A stretch of DNA of 64,000 nt from Fervidobacterium sp. (GTDB lineage Bacteria > Thermotogota > Thermotogae > Thermotogales > Fervidobacteriaceae), in the NCBI GenBank assembly GCA_049970055.1, contig JBMFNR010000002.1, forward strand, positions 276,406 through 340,405, in the 5' to 3' direction. Positions within the stretch are counted from its first letter, which is position 1. Every line of letters begins with the position of its first letter. A model generated the notes under the pieces. The model saw nothing but the letters and a program-made list of their open reading frames with translations. It was not told the origin of the DNA and did no database searches. The translations under genes were made by a program, and so were the position numbers. Of the stretch, positions 11,549 through 21,817 are shown piece by piece.

Positions 11549-13024
11549 TTGCAACTTGGATATTTTGTGACATTCATTTTGTTAATCGTAGGACTTTCCA
11601 TATCGGTTGCTCTAGCATTCAGTTTACGCAAAAAGGTGAGAGTGCTTGAAGAGGAAAAGCAAGAAGTTATAAGCGCAATAAGCATATTTGGTGCTCTTAA
11701 CGATCTGCAAGGTTTTGGTATTGCAATCTGGAGAAATGGAGAGCTTGTATACATCAATAGCAACATACTTAATCACGGCAAAGCTCTTGGGATTGATATC
11801 AGAGATAGAGCTCAAATCGAACACATGCTTGAACATCCAGAGCAGTACCTGACAATATACGACATATTAAAAGGTATTAAAGAGTACGAAAGCAAAAATG
11901 AAGATTTTACACAAACGTGGAGAAAAGAGCTTGGAAAAAGATATGTTGAAATTACATACATAGCAAAGATCCTTCCTGAAGGAAAAATCACAGCGCTAAT
12001 CTCTCAGGATATTTCACTTGAGTTTCAAAGCGTGGAAAAACGAGTTCTTAGCGAGCTAATATCTATATTTACCGAAGAATTATCTAAAGAAGAAGTGGTT
12101 ATTAAAGAAGTTGGAGATAGAATTAGAAACTTGTTAGTAAACTACGGTTTGATTGATACAATGGGAATAGCCCTTTTGGAGCCTGATGGGTACATACATT
12201 TTCCGTACTTAAAATACATTGATGAAGATGACAGAAGCGGTTTGAAAATTGAACCTGGCAATAAAACTTTAACAAGATTTGTTATAGACAGAGCAATGAA
12301 GGTGCACATAAGAAATAGTGAGAAAGAACAAGAGCTACTTGAGGGTTACAAACTTCTTAAAATCCGCGGAGAGGTTTTTACGATATATGCAGTACCGATC
12401 ATAAAGAAGACCATCACACGAGGAGCCGTACTTTTTCAAAAACAAGGTGAAGACCAGTTTTCAGATAATACCTTATCACTCTTTGATAAAATTACCGATA
12501 TAATAACTCTTTCATTGACATTCATAGATGTTCTGCAAGAAGTCAACACTGATAAAAGAAAATTATTCGAATTATCCATTAAAGATTATCTCACAGGTGC
12601 TTATAGTCGAAGATTTTTTGAGCAATACCTTGAAAAAGAGCTATTCAAGAGTAAAAGAACAAATTCGCCACTTTCTGTTGTTTTTCTTGATGTGGATTCT
12701 TTCAAGAAAATCAACGATACGTATGGTCATGTTTTTGGTGACAACATCCTGCGAACCTTAGTACGCACAGTAAATGAGACAATACGCTCTATGGATTTGT
12801 TAGCAAGATACGGTGGTGATGAATTTATCATCGTATTTCCAGAAACGACAATCGAGAAAGCTCAAAAGGTTATGGAACGTGTGGTAGAAAAACTATGGCA
12901 AAATCAAATAAGCATTTCCTATGGAATAATAGATGCTTCAAAATACGATTCGATAGAACATATATATAAAGAAGTTGATAAAAAGATGTACGAAATGAAG
13001 TTGATAAAAAGGTGTACGAAATGA
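11549..13024 (+). CDS. Membrane-anchored sensor diguanylate cyclase (GAF-like + GGDEF)
   Basis: N-terminal TM helix, DYLTGAY, DVDSFKKINDTYGH and RSMD...RYGGDEF (I-site present). Confidence 0.9.
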   Translation: MQLGYFVTFILLIVGLSISVALAFSLRKKVRVLEEEKQEVISAISIFGALNDLQGFGIAIWRNGELVYINSNILNHGKALGIDIRDRAQIEHMLEHPEQYLTIYDILKGIKEYESKNEDFTQTWRKELGKRYVEITYIAKILPEGKITALISQDISLEFQSVEKRVLSELISIFTEELSKEEVVIKEVGDRIRNLLVNYGLIDTMGIALLEPDGYIHFPYLKYIDEDDRSGLKIEPGNKTLTRFVIDRAMKVHIRNSEKEQELLEGYKLLKIRGEVFTIYAVPIIKKTITRGAVLFQKQGEDQFSDNTLSLFDKITDIITLSLTFIDVLQEVNTDKRKLFELSIKDYLTGAYSRRFFEQYLEKELFKSKRTNSPLSVVFLDVDSFKKINDTYGHVFGDNILRTLVRTVNETIRSMDLLARYGGDEFIIVFPETTIEKAQKVMERVVEKLWQNQISISYGIIDASKYDSIEHIYKEVDKKMYEMKLIKRCTK

Positions 13025-13067
13025 AAAGGCACATAAAGGAAAATTAATATAATGGCTGGGGGTTTTT

Positions 13068-15092
13068 ATGAATTATAAGAACTCGCGGATTTTTATCTTA
13101 ATAGTGATAACATTGGTTATCACTATGTTTTTTTCTTGTACTAAAAATGCCAGCTCAGATTCTTTCCGTGATAGACAGACTTACGAGGCACAAGAAAAAC
13201 AACAAAAAAGGATAATCATCGGCTATGAAAAATACGATAAAGCTTTGATGTTTTCAAACCTTTTGGGTGGGGAAGTAGTTTTGCACATTCCGGAGCTTAA
13301 AGTTCTTTCCATTGAAGTAGAAGATACCGCAGAAAAAGTAATCCAAAGGGCTATGGAGAACGACGATTTCTCAAAATACAACATTCGATATATTGAACCT
13401 GTACAAAATCGATACCTTGAGCCCGAATGTGAAGATGTTCCAGGTTTGAAAAGTGTGAAAGACTTAAAAGACTTGAAAGTGAATATTTCCGAGTTTGTGT
13501 ATAATAGCTATGAAAATTACACAGGTGAATCTCTCGATCTTTATCTTTGGAACCACCGTGTGGTGGGTATTAAGGATGCTTGGGACAATGGATACAACGG
13601 AGAAGGAATCGTAATTGCTGTTTTGGATACGGGAGTGGATGGAACGAACCCAGATTTGGAAGGCCAGGTTACGATAGGTTACAGACCGAAGTACGACGAA
13701 ATTTTGCCAGAGGAAACTGATTCTTCCTACGGTGGATCTCATGGTACCCATGTAGCAGGTATAATTGCGGCAAAAAAAGACGGGGTAGGTATCGTCGGAG
13801 TGGCTCCAAGGTCGAAGATAATGCCGATTGTTATTTTTGAAGCGAATGGAGCTTACGTTGGTGATGATTACACTGCGAGAGGTATCGTCTGGGCAGTTGA
13901 ACATGGGGCGAAGGTGCTTAGTAATTCGTGGGGAGGTTACGGCTATTCCCAGGTTTTAAAAGATGCTTTTGACTACGCTCTCAATAGTGGAGTAACAGTA
14001 GTAGTTGCGGCGGGCAATTCCACAGCTTCCCAAACTTTTCAATATCCGGCCAACTACCCCGGGATAATACAAGTGGGAGCTGCGGAATTCAATGGTGGAA
14101 ACGTAAGGACTGCGAATTTTTCAAGTGGTAGTCCCATGATCACACTTTCCGCGCCTGGTCGAAATATCCTCTCAACCATGCCACAATATGGTTCAAAGGG
14201 GTACACTGGCGATTCCTTCAAGATAAATGAAAATGGTGGCTATTACGGGTTTATGTCTGGTACTTCAATGGCCACACCGTATGTAGCCGGGCTGGTCGCT
14301 CTGATATTGCAAAAATATCCAACCGCAAAGCCTTGGCAAGTTAGAAAAATATTGGAAAAAAGTGCGAAAGACATTGATTTTGTTGGTATAGACGACAGAT
14401 CGGGATACGGACTTGCACAAGCCAAGGCACTTGACGAAACACTTCCAATTACTGGAGGATCGAACTTCGTAGTGAATATTAGTGATCATTATGGTCTTTG
14501 GAAGATACCTGGCGTTTACGTTTCACTTGTAGGTACATCCGATGATGGTAGGTTTGTTAGGTACTTTTCGAAAACAAACAAAGATGGACAAGCAAAATTT
14601 TTGGGCATTGATGAAGGAACGTACGATATATTTGTCGGCGGACCTGATAGTTTTGAAAGCAGTAGGGGTCTATCAAAGGAGTGTTATAGGGTTCAAGAAG
14701 AGAGATATTACTCATTCGCTAAAAAGATAAGAAACGAAGACGAAAGCTTAGATGTCCATTTCAATTCGATGGCTTTCGTAACGTTTGACAGCACTTCATA
14801 TAAACCAAAAAGAATCGTTTTTCAGAACGTAACAAAGCCTGCAACAGATTCCGAAGCTTTTATTTACGTTGATTTTTCTTCATTAACATCGTACGATTTC
14901 TCGAAACTCAGTGGTAAGTATAACATTTTTGCTCAGATAGATCAACCAGCTACAAATGACATCACTTTAAGTGGCAAAGTTATTTTGAATGGTTTTGAAA
15001 TACCCATTTCAGGTACCATAACCAAAGGTGAGTTAGAAACGCAATTAAAAGATAAAATAGGGAAATGGTGGACGGTGTTTGGGAATGATTAA
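13068..15092 (+). CDS. S8 subtilisin-like serine protease lipoprotein (fervidolysin paralog)
   Basis: Lipobox FFSC; catalytic motifs LDTG, HGTHVAG and GTSMA; collinear with 28276-30402. Confidence 0.92.
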   Translation: MNYKNSRIFILIVITLVITMFFSCTKNASSDSFRDRQTYEAQEKQQKRIIIGYEKYDKALMFSNLLGGEVVLHIPELKVLSIEVEDTAEKVIQRAMENDDFSKYNIRYIEPVQNRYLEPECEDVPGLKSVKDLKDLKVNISEFVYNSYENYTGESLDLYLWNHRVVGIKDAWDNGYNGEGIVIAVLDTGVDGTNPDLEGQVTIGYRPKYDEILPEETDSSYGGSHGTHVAGIIAAKKDGVGIVGVAPRSKIMPIVIFEANGAYVGDDYTARGIVWAVEHGAKVLSNSWGGYGYSQVLKDAFDYALNSGVTVVVAAGNSTASQTFQYPANYPGIIQVGAAEFNGGNVRTANFSSGSPMITLSAPGRNILSTMPQYGSKGYTGDSFKINENGGYYGFMSGTSMATPYVAGLVALILQKYPTAKPWQVRKILEKSAKDIDFVGIDDRSGYGLAQAKALDETLPITGGSNFVVNISDHYGLWKIPGVYVSLVGTSDDGRFVRYFSKTNKDGQAKFLGIDEGTYDIFVGGPDSFESSRGLSKECYRVQEERYYSFAKKIRNEDESLDVHFNSMAFVTFDSTSYKPKRIVFQNVTKPATDSEAFIYVDFSSLTSYDFSKLSGKYNIFAQIDQPATNDITLSGKVILNGFEIPISGTITKGELETQLKDKIGKWWTVFGND

Positions 15093-16656
15093 ATCTTTAA
15101 AGAATGCCCGCTTGATTTATGTACAAACTTTTTTAACACATTTTTTACTTCTTTTACTGCTCTTATCAGTTCTATCTTCATGTGGACTTTTTATAGTAAA
15201 ACCCATATATATAAAATTGATAATTACCGAATACAACTCCGGTCCCGTGGTTACTAATGCAGATGTTTTGTTGTACGAAAACGGAGAAATGATTACCAGT
15301 GCAAAATCCAACTCACAGGGCTTTGTTACTTTCAATAACCTTCAAGTAAATAACGCCTACAAGATTATTATTCGCAAAGAAGGACATTCATTTACGATAA
15401 TCGATATTACTAATTTGCAAAGTCCGCTGGAATTAAATACAACGCTTAGGAAAGCAAAATTCTTAGCAAGTGTAGAAAATAATATATCAATCGATTTCGA
15501 ACTATACGATAGTTACGAAAAAAACACAAAATTTTCTTTAAACAAGTCTGGAATCTACGAAATCCCATACAATGATATATTGTACATCGAAGCAACAGCC
15601 ACATACTCTACTTTGCCCATCTCAACATTTTACGCCAAATTAGGCAACGTACCAGGCTCTCAAGCGCTTACCATGCCGAGATTGTATTCACCCACGAACA
15701 CATTAAATGGTGAGCTTCAAATACCGTTGGAAAGTGGGCTAACCTACTTATTTTTCGATTGCTACGATGAAAATGACAACCGATACGAGAAGATAATACC
15801 GTTAAAAGTAGAAACTTACCTTAATATTGGTACGAAAAAGTACATCGTTGAACCTCAAAAACCTGGCGTACTGGCGTACCATTTAAATACATCCATCGAA
15901 TATTACCGAGCATCGGAAAAAATATTAGAGGAAAGTGATGAAAAGACTGTAGGAAAGACTAACAAATATATTATCGTTCGATGGAAAAAATGGGAAAATA
16001 GCGGTCAGCGCAAGGTAACAGACAAACCGACTGCTTATCGAATCTATCGTTCGTATGATGGAAAACACTTTTCAAAGATAGCCACTGTACCAAACAATTA
16101 CGATTACTTCATAGATACTTCCGCTCAAAATTTGATAGGAAGGCGAGTTTGGTATGCAGTAAATAGTGTTTACGGCTCCATTGAAACACAGAAAGTAAAT
16201 ATTGGAAGTACGCTCATACTACCACTTGTGAGTATAGAAGATATTGAACCTTCGGATGGTGCAATGAGTGTATCGACCAGACCTGTATTTTCTTGGAAGT
16301 TCACAGGGCTTGAAGAGTATGAAAATATAGAGTACTGGTACGAAATCTGGATTTACGATCTAACAATCAACGATATGTATTACTATCCTTTAGATGAGTT
16401 TGGTGGGCGTAAGATTTTTAAATCCAAAGACCCAAATGTATCGATAAGATTTGAAGATTTCCAATGGAACGGATTACCACACAACCAACTGCAGTCCAAT
16501 AAACCGTACGAATGGGCACCCGAACTTGCCGCTGGAGTATACGTAGATATTAAGAATAATTCAGTATCTTTATCTATTCTTTCCGATTACAATTTCGTTT
16601 TAGCTCCGGTGATGTTTCCTCCTGAAAAATATTATTTATTTATTACAGGAGAGTAG
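15079..16656 (+). CDS. Uncharacterised lipoprotein with beta-sandwich/FN3-like domains; paralog of the C-terminal part of 25850-28258
   Basis: Lipobox LSSC; shared motifs YD(E/Q)NDNRYEKI, AYxIYRSxDG, VWYAV and LQxNKxYEW. Confidence 0.75.
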   Translation: MGMIKSLKNARLIYVQTFLTHFLLLLLLLSVLSSCGLFIVKPIYIKLIITEYNSGPVVTNADVLLYENGEMITSAKSNSQGFVTFNNLQVNNAYKIIIRKEGHSFTIIDITNLQSPLELNTTLRKAKFLASVENNISIDFELYDSYEKNTKFSLNKSGIYEIPYNDILYIEATATYSTLPISTFYAKLGNVPGSQALTMPRLYSPTNTLNGELQIPLESGLTYLFFDCYDENDNRYEKIIPLKVETYLNIGTKKYIVEPQKPGVLAYHLNTSIEYYRASEKILEESDEKTVGKTNKYIIVRWKKWENSGQRKVTDKPTAYRIYRSYDGKHFSKIATVPNNYDYFIDTSAQNLIGRRVWYAVNSVYGSIETQKVNIGSTLILPLVSIEDIEPSDGAMSVSTRPVFSWKFTGLEEYENIEYWYEIWIYDLTINDMYYYPLDEFGGRKIFKSKDPNVSIRFEDFQWNGLPHNQLQSNKPYEWAPELAAGVYVDIKNNSVSLSILSDYNFVLAPVMFPPEKYYLFITGE

Positions 16657-16693
16657 TTTACGTTCACTTTTCATTCTCCACGCTCTTTTTATC

Positions 16694-18370
16694 TTACTTT
16701 ACTACACCCAAGACAAAGAGTCTTATAGTATTCGACTTTGTAGGTGTTCCATACGGCTGATAAGCTCCGGTAACTATTCGCGGGTCGTAAACATAAGTTT
16801 TGTAATAGCCAGTTACGGTCTGACCTGTCATCGAATTGAAAGTTCCGACTGCTCCACGGATATTCTGCATGATACTACCAAAGACAAGCAACTGACCTGT
16901 TGGTGATCCAGAATCGTATCCTTGTAATCCGAAAGAACCATCGAAAGCGAATATACTTGCAAAAATTTTCATATTCTCAAGCTTTTGAGCGATAGTTACG
17001 TTATTCATCGCAACGATGTTCAAAGATGACGTTTCGCTTGTTGAAACAAAATTTTTTATCTGCTGAACTCCAGATTGGCTTACCACGTTACCATTGTTAC
17101 CATGTTCGCTTGCGGTGAAGAAATTTTGATAAGTTTGGTAAGGAATAATCCTATCTTTTATACTCACATCTTTTTCCGAGAATAAAGTATAATTGCCATT
17201 GTAAGTTGATAGTGCAGTTGGTCCATCGACTGTTAGATTATCTGTCGAATAAATCACGCCGTTGAATTTAAAAGTGAACTCCTCTGTTTGTCCCCGTAAC
17301 ATTTGTTTTCTTATTTTTGCATCTGGCGGTTTTGGATTCCACGTGATTATATAATCGACGTTTCCTTGTGATATTTTGACCTCGTAATTTGAACCACTCT
17401 GTCCATGGTTGAAACTAACTTGTATTGGTCCTGTGAATTTCAATCCACTTAAGATGTTGGGATTGATTTTTACTTCATCGTAGGTTTTTACAACATTACT
17501 TAAAGAGCTTTTGTATTCGTTTTTTATCACATTAAAATCAAGAGAACTGACATCTTGTGAAGTAAGAATTTTGTACGGCGGATTTCCCTGTAAATTTGCA
17601 TAATCAAGGTAATTTTGAGGTTGAACTATATTACCTCTCGCATCTTTTATTCCTAAAACCTCAATCGTACTGAGAAATGTTGGCTTTCCACCCGCGGGGT
17701 TTATATTAATATAATCATGACTTCTCAGAGGGCCATCAATTAATTCACCGGCTTTGAAGAATATTCTTTGTGATGTAGATATACTCTCTTTATTTGTGAA
17801 ATAAGCATATTGATTGAGAAGTTTTGAACCAACAATACCATATGAGTAAACTGAAATTCCATTTTTTTCCGTGCGAGAAATTAAAAAGACCTGCAATTGG
17901 TTGATTCTAAACGCGTACAACTCAATAGAAGACAATCCTCTTTCAAGCTTATAACTTGAAATTTCATCTCGAAGAAGATTGTCTGCAAAATAGCTTTCCG
18001 AAGTGGTAAGTGAAACAATTTTGAATGTAGCATTTTTCTGAACATTTTGATTTACAAACGATCTCCACTGATCGTTTAATTTATTGAGAAAATCGCTATT
18101 GTACCAACTTGGTGTGTTAGGTGAGAAAGTAATGGTAAATCCAAGCAAACCAGCGCTCTTTGCTTTCAAAAAGCCTACCCCAACATTGAGGATATTGAGT
18201 GCATCGGTATCTAATTGTGTTTGTAAACGCATTTTTATTGCGCTATTTCTGTAATTTCCAACAATTTCATAGATCGATAACAGTAAGATGCTGGATATCG
18301 CAAGAAATATCAATACAATAGCTGTTGCAAACCCTCTCCTGTTACATTTATTATTATTACAACTCATCAT
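16694..18370 (-). CDS. PilX/ComZ-like large minor pilin (probably DUF4900-type)
   Basis: Class III signal RRG|FATAIV without Glu5, then a hydrophobic helix; YAYFTN..F...GP and C-terminal GSI.Q..G..GTF...GY...Y.YDPR resemble Thermus ComZ (from memory); start placed after GAGGGGGG. Confidence 0.6.
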   Translation of the reverse strand: MMSCNNNKCNRRGFATAIVLIFLAISSILLLSIYEIVGNYRNSAIKMRLQTQLDTDALNILNVGVGFLKAKSAGLLGFTITFSPNTPSWYNSDFLNKLNDQWRSFVNQNVQKNATFKIVSLTTSESYFADNLLRDEISSYKLERGLSSIELYAFRINQLQVFLISRTEKNGISVYSYGIVGSKLLNQYAYFTNKESISTSQRIFFKAGELIDGPLRSHDYININPAGGKPTFLSTIEVLGIKDARGNIVQPQNYLDYANLQGNPPYKILTSQDVSSLDFNVIKNEYKSSLSNVVKTYDEVKINPNILSGLKFTGPIQVSFNHGQSGSNYEVKISQGNVDYIITWNPKPPDAKIRKQMLRGQTEEFTFKFNGVIYSTDNLTVDGPTALSTYNGNYTLFSEKDVSIKDRIIPYQTYQNFFTASEHGNNGNVVSQSGVQQIKNFVSTSETSSLNIVAMNNVTIAQKLENMKIFASIFAFDGSFGLQGYDSGSPTGQLLVFGSIMQNIRGAVGTFNSMTGQTVTGYYKTYVYDPRIVTGAYQPYGTPTKSNTIRLFVLGVVK

Positions 18371-18426
18371 CAATCCCCCCTCACTGTATCTTAACATTCC
18401 ATAAGAACACGTAATTTTCGCGACAT

Positions 18427-18894
18427 TCAGCTTGCCTCGCTTAGGGCGGTAAGTAAAGGCACTGTATACACTTTAAATTTTTCAAATTTCGGTTCGATAG
18501 TCAAAATTATATATTTTTTACCACCGATCTGACTTAAAGAGAACCTAACAGATTTAACAACTAAGCTAATATCTGTAATCTTCTTACCATCGTAAATCAA
18601 AGCACCATTTTCAACTTTCAATACCTTTGACTGCTTTATCACAGTGCTTTGCGATGGTGTAAAGTAATCAAGCGTAATTGAATTTTTAGATACTGCAATT
18701 TCATTTGTCCAAACACTATTTGTTAAGAACATATCTATGATATTCGTTAATCTCTGAGCTTCCGAGTAAAATTCTGTATATAGTCTTTGTTGATCAAGTA
18801 CTCTCAACGTTACATCGAATATTAGCGCAAGCATCCCAAAAATTATTACAAAGACAACCATACTTGCTATTAAACCGGGAATCGTTAAATCCAT
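18427..18894 (-). CDS. Pilin-like protein with an atypical N-terminus
   Basis: N-terminal hydrophobic helix; lies between two pilin-type genes; no canonical G|FxxxE site. Confidence 0.5.
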   Translation of the reverse strand: MDLTIPGLIASMVVFVIIFGMLALIFDVTLRVLDQQRLYTEFYSEAQRLTNIIDMFLTNSVWTNEIAVSKNSITLDYFTPSQSTVIKQSKVLKVENGALIYDGKKITDISLVVKSVRFSLSQIGGKKYIILTIEPKFEKFKVYTVPLLTALSEAS

Positions 18895-18916
18895 ACGATC
18901 ACCTCATTAGGTAATA

Positions 18917-19288
18917 TTAATTCGTTGGTTTGTATTTGTACACGGTGAAAACTTGAAACTTACCCGGTGCGTATTCGATTGTAAAGACAAACTTATCAAA
19001 ATAAGTACCAACCGAGGAAGCGGTTACTCGACTAACTCGCGGGTAATTGTTAGAAGAGGATCCGTAAAAAGCGCTGTTTACATCGCTAACAACGTTTGTG
19101 AAATCGGTTTGAATGTAAACCCAGCGGGCGATAAAATTTTGAAGTTCTGTCACTTTTTGGAAGTTCTGCAACACAACAACAGAACTAATCGCAGAAGAAA
19201 GCCCATACGCTATTACGGTAAATACTATTGATATAAGAAGAATTGCAACTACTGATTCTGTCAATGTGAAACCTTCCCTTAATTTCAT
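18917..19288 (-). CDS. Type IV prepilin (minor pilin)
   Basis: MKLREG|FTLTE prepilin cleavage motif; GAGGTG RBS upstream of ATG 19288. The longer ORF-track start overlaps the divergent gene. Confidence 0.85.
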   Translation of the reverse strand: MKLREGFTLTESVVAILLISIVFTVIAYGLSSAISSVVVLQNFQKVTELQNFIARWVYIQTDFTNVVSDVNSAFYGSSSNNYPRVSRVTASSVGTYFDKFVFTIEYAPGKFQVFTVYKYKPTN

Positions 19289-19397
19289 CATTCTCACCTC
19301 TGATGTTTTTCTCTCTACACTAAATATTAGACAAATAAAGGCGATAAATTGTTTAGTGGAGAGTAATTTTAAAAGCTTTAAGTCTAGGAGGAATAAA

Positions 19398-20201
19398 ATG
19401 GAGAAAGCCTTTATCTTAGCTGAAAGTGCGGATGTTTTTGAAAAAAAGGAACTAACAGAACTTTTAAAACATTTACTTAATACACTTAGCGAATCAGAAT
19501 TTGTAAATAAATTAGCAGCTATTATATACAAAAATACCGTTTGTATAGGTGTAAGAGTAATGACCAACTCATACATTAAGATTATTGGGAAATCCGAAGG
19601 ACTTTCAAAATCGCTGTTATCGGATCATTTAAAGATAATTGTCTACTACAAATCTTTGTCGGATTCGGAGTTCTTGCTGATTGATGATTTATTCGAAATC
19701 GCTAAAGTTCACCTATCAAATATATTATACCACAACGAAATAGTAAAAGCGTATTTACACGACCAACTCACGGGCGCATATTCAAGGCATGCGGGAATGG
19801 AAATTTTAGATAAAATGTTTGAAAGTACCAAACGAAGTCAAAGATCAGGCTTTCTAATTTTTATCGATATAGACAATTTAAAAACATTCAACGATAAGTA
19901 CGGCCATTCACGTGGTGACGAATTACTCAGAAATTTTGCAAAGACATTCTTAAGCATCATAAGAAAAAGTGATGTTTTAGTACGTTACGGCGGCGATGAA
20001 TTTTTACTTTACTTAGAGTCAGATGACCCAGAAAAGGTTATTGAACGAATAAAGGCCCACGGTAAAATAGATTTTTCTTACGGAATCGTCAAACTCAGTG
20101 CATTCGACTCGCTCCAAGAAGCTATAAACGCAGCCGATCTAAATATGTACGAACGCAAGAAATTAAGAAAAAAATTAATGCTTAATAGAGATTACGTATA
20201 A
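19398..20201 (+). CDS. Diguanylate cyclase (GGDEF)
   Basis: DQLTGAY, DIDNLKTFNDKYGH and RKSD...RYGGDEF; AGGAGG RBS before ATG 19398. Confidence 0.9.
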   Translation: MEKAFILAESADVFEKKELTELLKHLLNTLSESEFVNKLAAIIYKNTVCIGVRVMTNSYIKIIGKSEGLSKSLLSDHLKIIVYYKSLSDSEFLLIDDLFEIAKVHLSNILYHNEIVKAYLHDQLTGAYSRHAGMEILDKMFESTKRSQRSGFLIFIDIDNLKTFNDKYGHSRGDELLRNFAKTFLSIIRKSDVLVRYGGDEFLLYLESDDPEKVIERIKAHGKIDFSYGIVKLSAFDSLQEAINAADLNMYERKKLRKKLMLNRDYV

Positions 20202-20504
20202 ATCAACTTTCCAATATTTGCTTTTTTGCTCATACACTACTTTCTCCATTCAAATATTCTTAGACATTATTTTTCTCACTCATTCTTCAATTATTCTTAT
20301 TGCCGCGCAATCTTTTCTTTTTCAAATTCGAGGTAGTAATCTGTTCTTTTCCTTTCTTTTTCACTTTCAAAAATCGTTCAAAACCCTTACCGTCAAAGTT
20401 ATCAGCCTTAGTACCAAATACAAACGATGATTCAATTAGTTCAAGATGATCGCTGATCAAGTTAAAAATATTTCTATTAATTTATTTATTGTTTGTTGTA
20501 CAAA

Positions 20505-20866
20505 AACAAAGCTCGTTTTTTGTTTGGAAGTGGTTTTATCCTAACACCACGACCTACGGATTGTAAAACAAACTTTTCAGCATCTGTACTTTTTCCAATA
20601 TTAATAAACAAAACTACATTAGGACGATTGCTATCCCATCCTTCATAAAATCAGCGAGAGCCCATAAGTAAGAATGTTTATATCAGTGTTTATATCTTCA
20701 TTATTTATATTTCTAAATATGCTTTCATCATCTTAAAATTTTCCACAGTATTTTGAAGATAAAGTTGCATAGTTTTCACTTCCACCAGATTAATGGTTTA
20801 ATAAGCTTACAGTCTAAATCTTTCGTATTAATCTTTGTTCCATCTTCAAATTCTACCTCATCTTCC
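20505..20866 (-). pseudogene. Remnant of a type III restriction-modification Res (SF2 helicase) subunit
   Basis: Manual translation: ...DINIL/LMGSR*FYEGWDSNRPNVVLFINIGKSTDAEKFVLQSVGRGVRIKP (helicase motifs V and VI), with stops and frameshifts. Confidence 0.75.
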
Positions 20867-21489
20867 TTTATTTTCTTTATTGCCAGTAATATCTATATGG
20901 TTTTTCTTCAATAGCTTTAGAATATCCTCTGTTTTCGTTATTTTGCCTTTTTCCGAATAAATAACATCAAATACTGTTGTTTTGTCTGGTTTAATTTCTT
21001 TTAACTCATAAATCAAGCTTCTTTCTTCGTTGGCTTTTTTGTGTTCTAAATTCGATACATCAAAATAAAACTTTATCCCATCAATCTCTATTTCTAAGCT
21101 TCTGAAAATCCTATCTGTTCTGTTTTGATATAATAAAGCTTGTGTGTGTTCCAATACTATCTTTATCATCAGTGTAAACTTTTTCGTAAACATTGTTGTG
21201 AAACAGAGTAGAATCAAAGTAGATAGGACCATTCTGTGTGAAATAGCTACTGAAAAATGAGTAAAGTTTATCAAAAAGTTCATCTCTAAAATCAGGATAT
21301 TGCTTGAGAGCATTATCCATATCCTTTTTGAGAAGTTTTTCTATTTTTTTCAGTAGTTAGATTTAATGCGCATCAGGTTGACAAAACGGCCTGTACCTTC
21401 TATTTTGGCACCGATAAATAGACCTCCAATGCTTTGTAAAACTTTTGTTCTTTAACACTCTGTTTCTCGTTAAACATGGTGTCTCTCAT
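20858..21489 (-). pseudogene. Remnant of the N-terminus of a type III R-M Mod (site-specific DNA methyltransferase)
   Basis: Fragments LFIGAKIEG..FVNLMRIKSNY, ELFDKLYSFFSSYF and FYFDVSNLEHKKANEER are spread over different frames; GAGGTGA RBS before ATG 21489; no DPPY catalytic region present. Confidence 0.65.
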
Positions 21490-21808
21490 TTAAAGTCACC
21501 TCTTTTTGGTTTAAATTTTCAATATTGTGCATTGAACTATGTTTACAATCCTCTTATAGTCCTCCAACATGGGCGCTATAAGGCCTTTTAATCTCTCAAG
21601 ATGTCACAATTTCTCTCTAAATTAAACCAACATTGCGGTAATTTCATCATTTTTTAAAATGATAAACACACGAATGAAAACAAAGGGTGTGAAAAGATTT
21701 AAGTGCAAAAGGTTAAGAAAAGAATGTATGTTTATAAAATTATCCTTAAATGATGAGTTTAAGTGGATAAAAAGAATGTATTGAAAGTTCGTTTTTTCAA
21801 GTGTGTTG

Positions 21809-21817
21809 TGGTATAAT
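21809..21817 (+). promoter_or_regulatory. Extended -10 promoter for the HD-minC-M42 operon
   Basis: TGGTATAAT; TTGAAA-N8-TTTCAA inverted repeat immediately upstream (21781-21800). Confidence 0.5.

Noticed and set aside
19266..19576. Apparent overlap between the pilin ORF (to 19576) and the GGDEF ORF (from 19266)
   Set aside because: RBS-supported starts at 19288 (-) and 19398 (+) remove the overlap
20218..20430. 70-aa hydrophobic ORF as a small membrane protein or toxin
   Set aside because: T-rich sequence without an RBS, adjacent to the decayed R-M remnant and probably its antisense shadow
21725..21755. Possible dif site (TTATCCTTAAAT resembles a XerD arm)
   Set aside because: Spacing and the XerC-side arm do not fit the 11-6-11 dif layout
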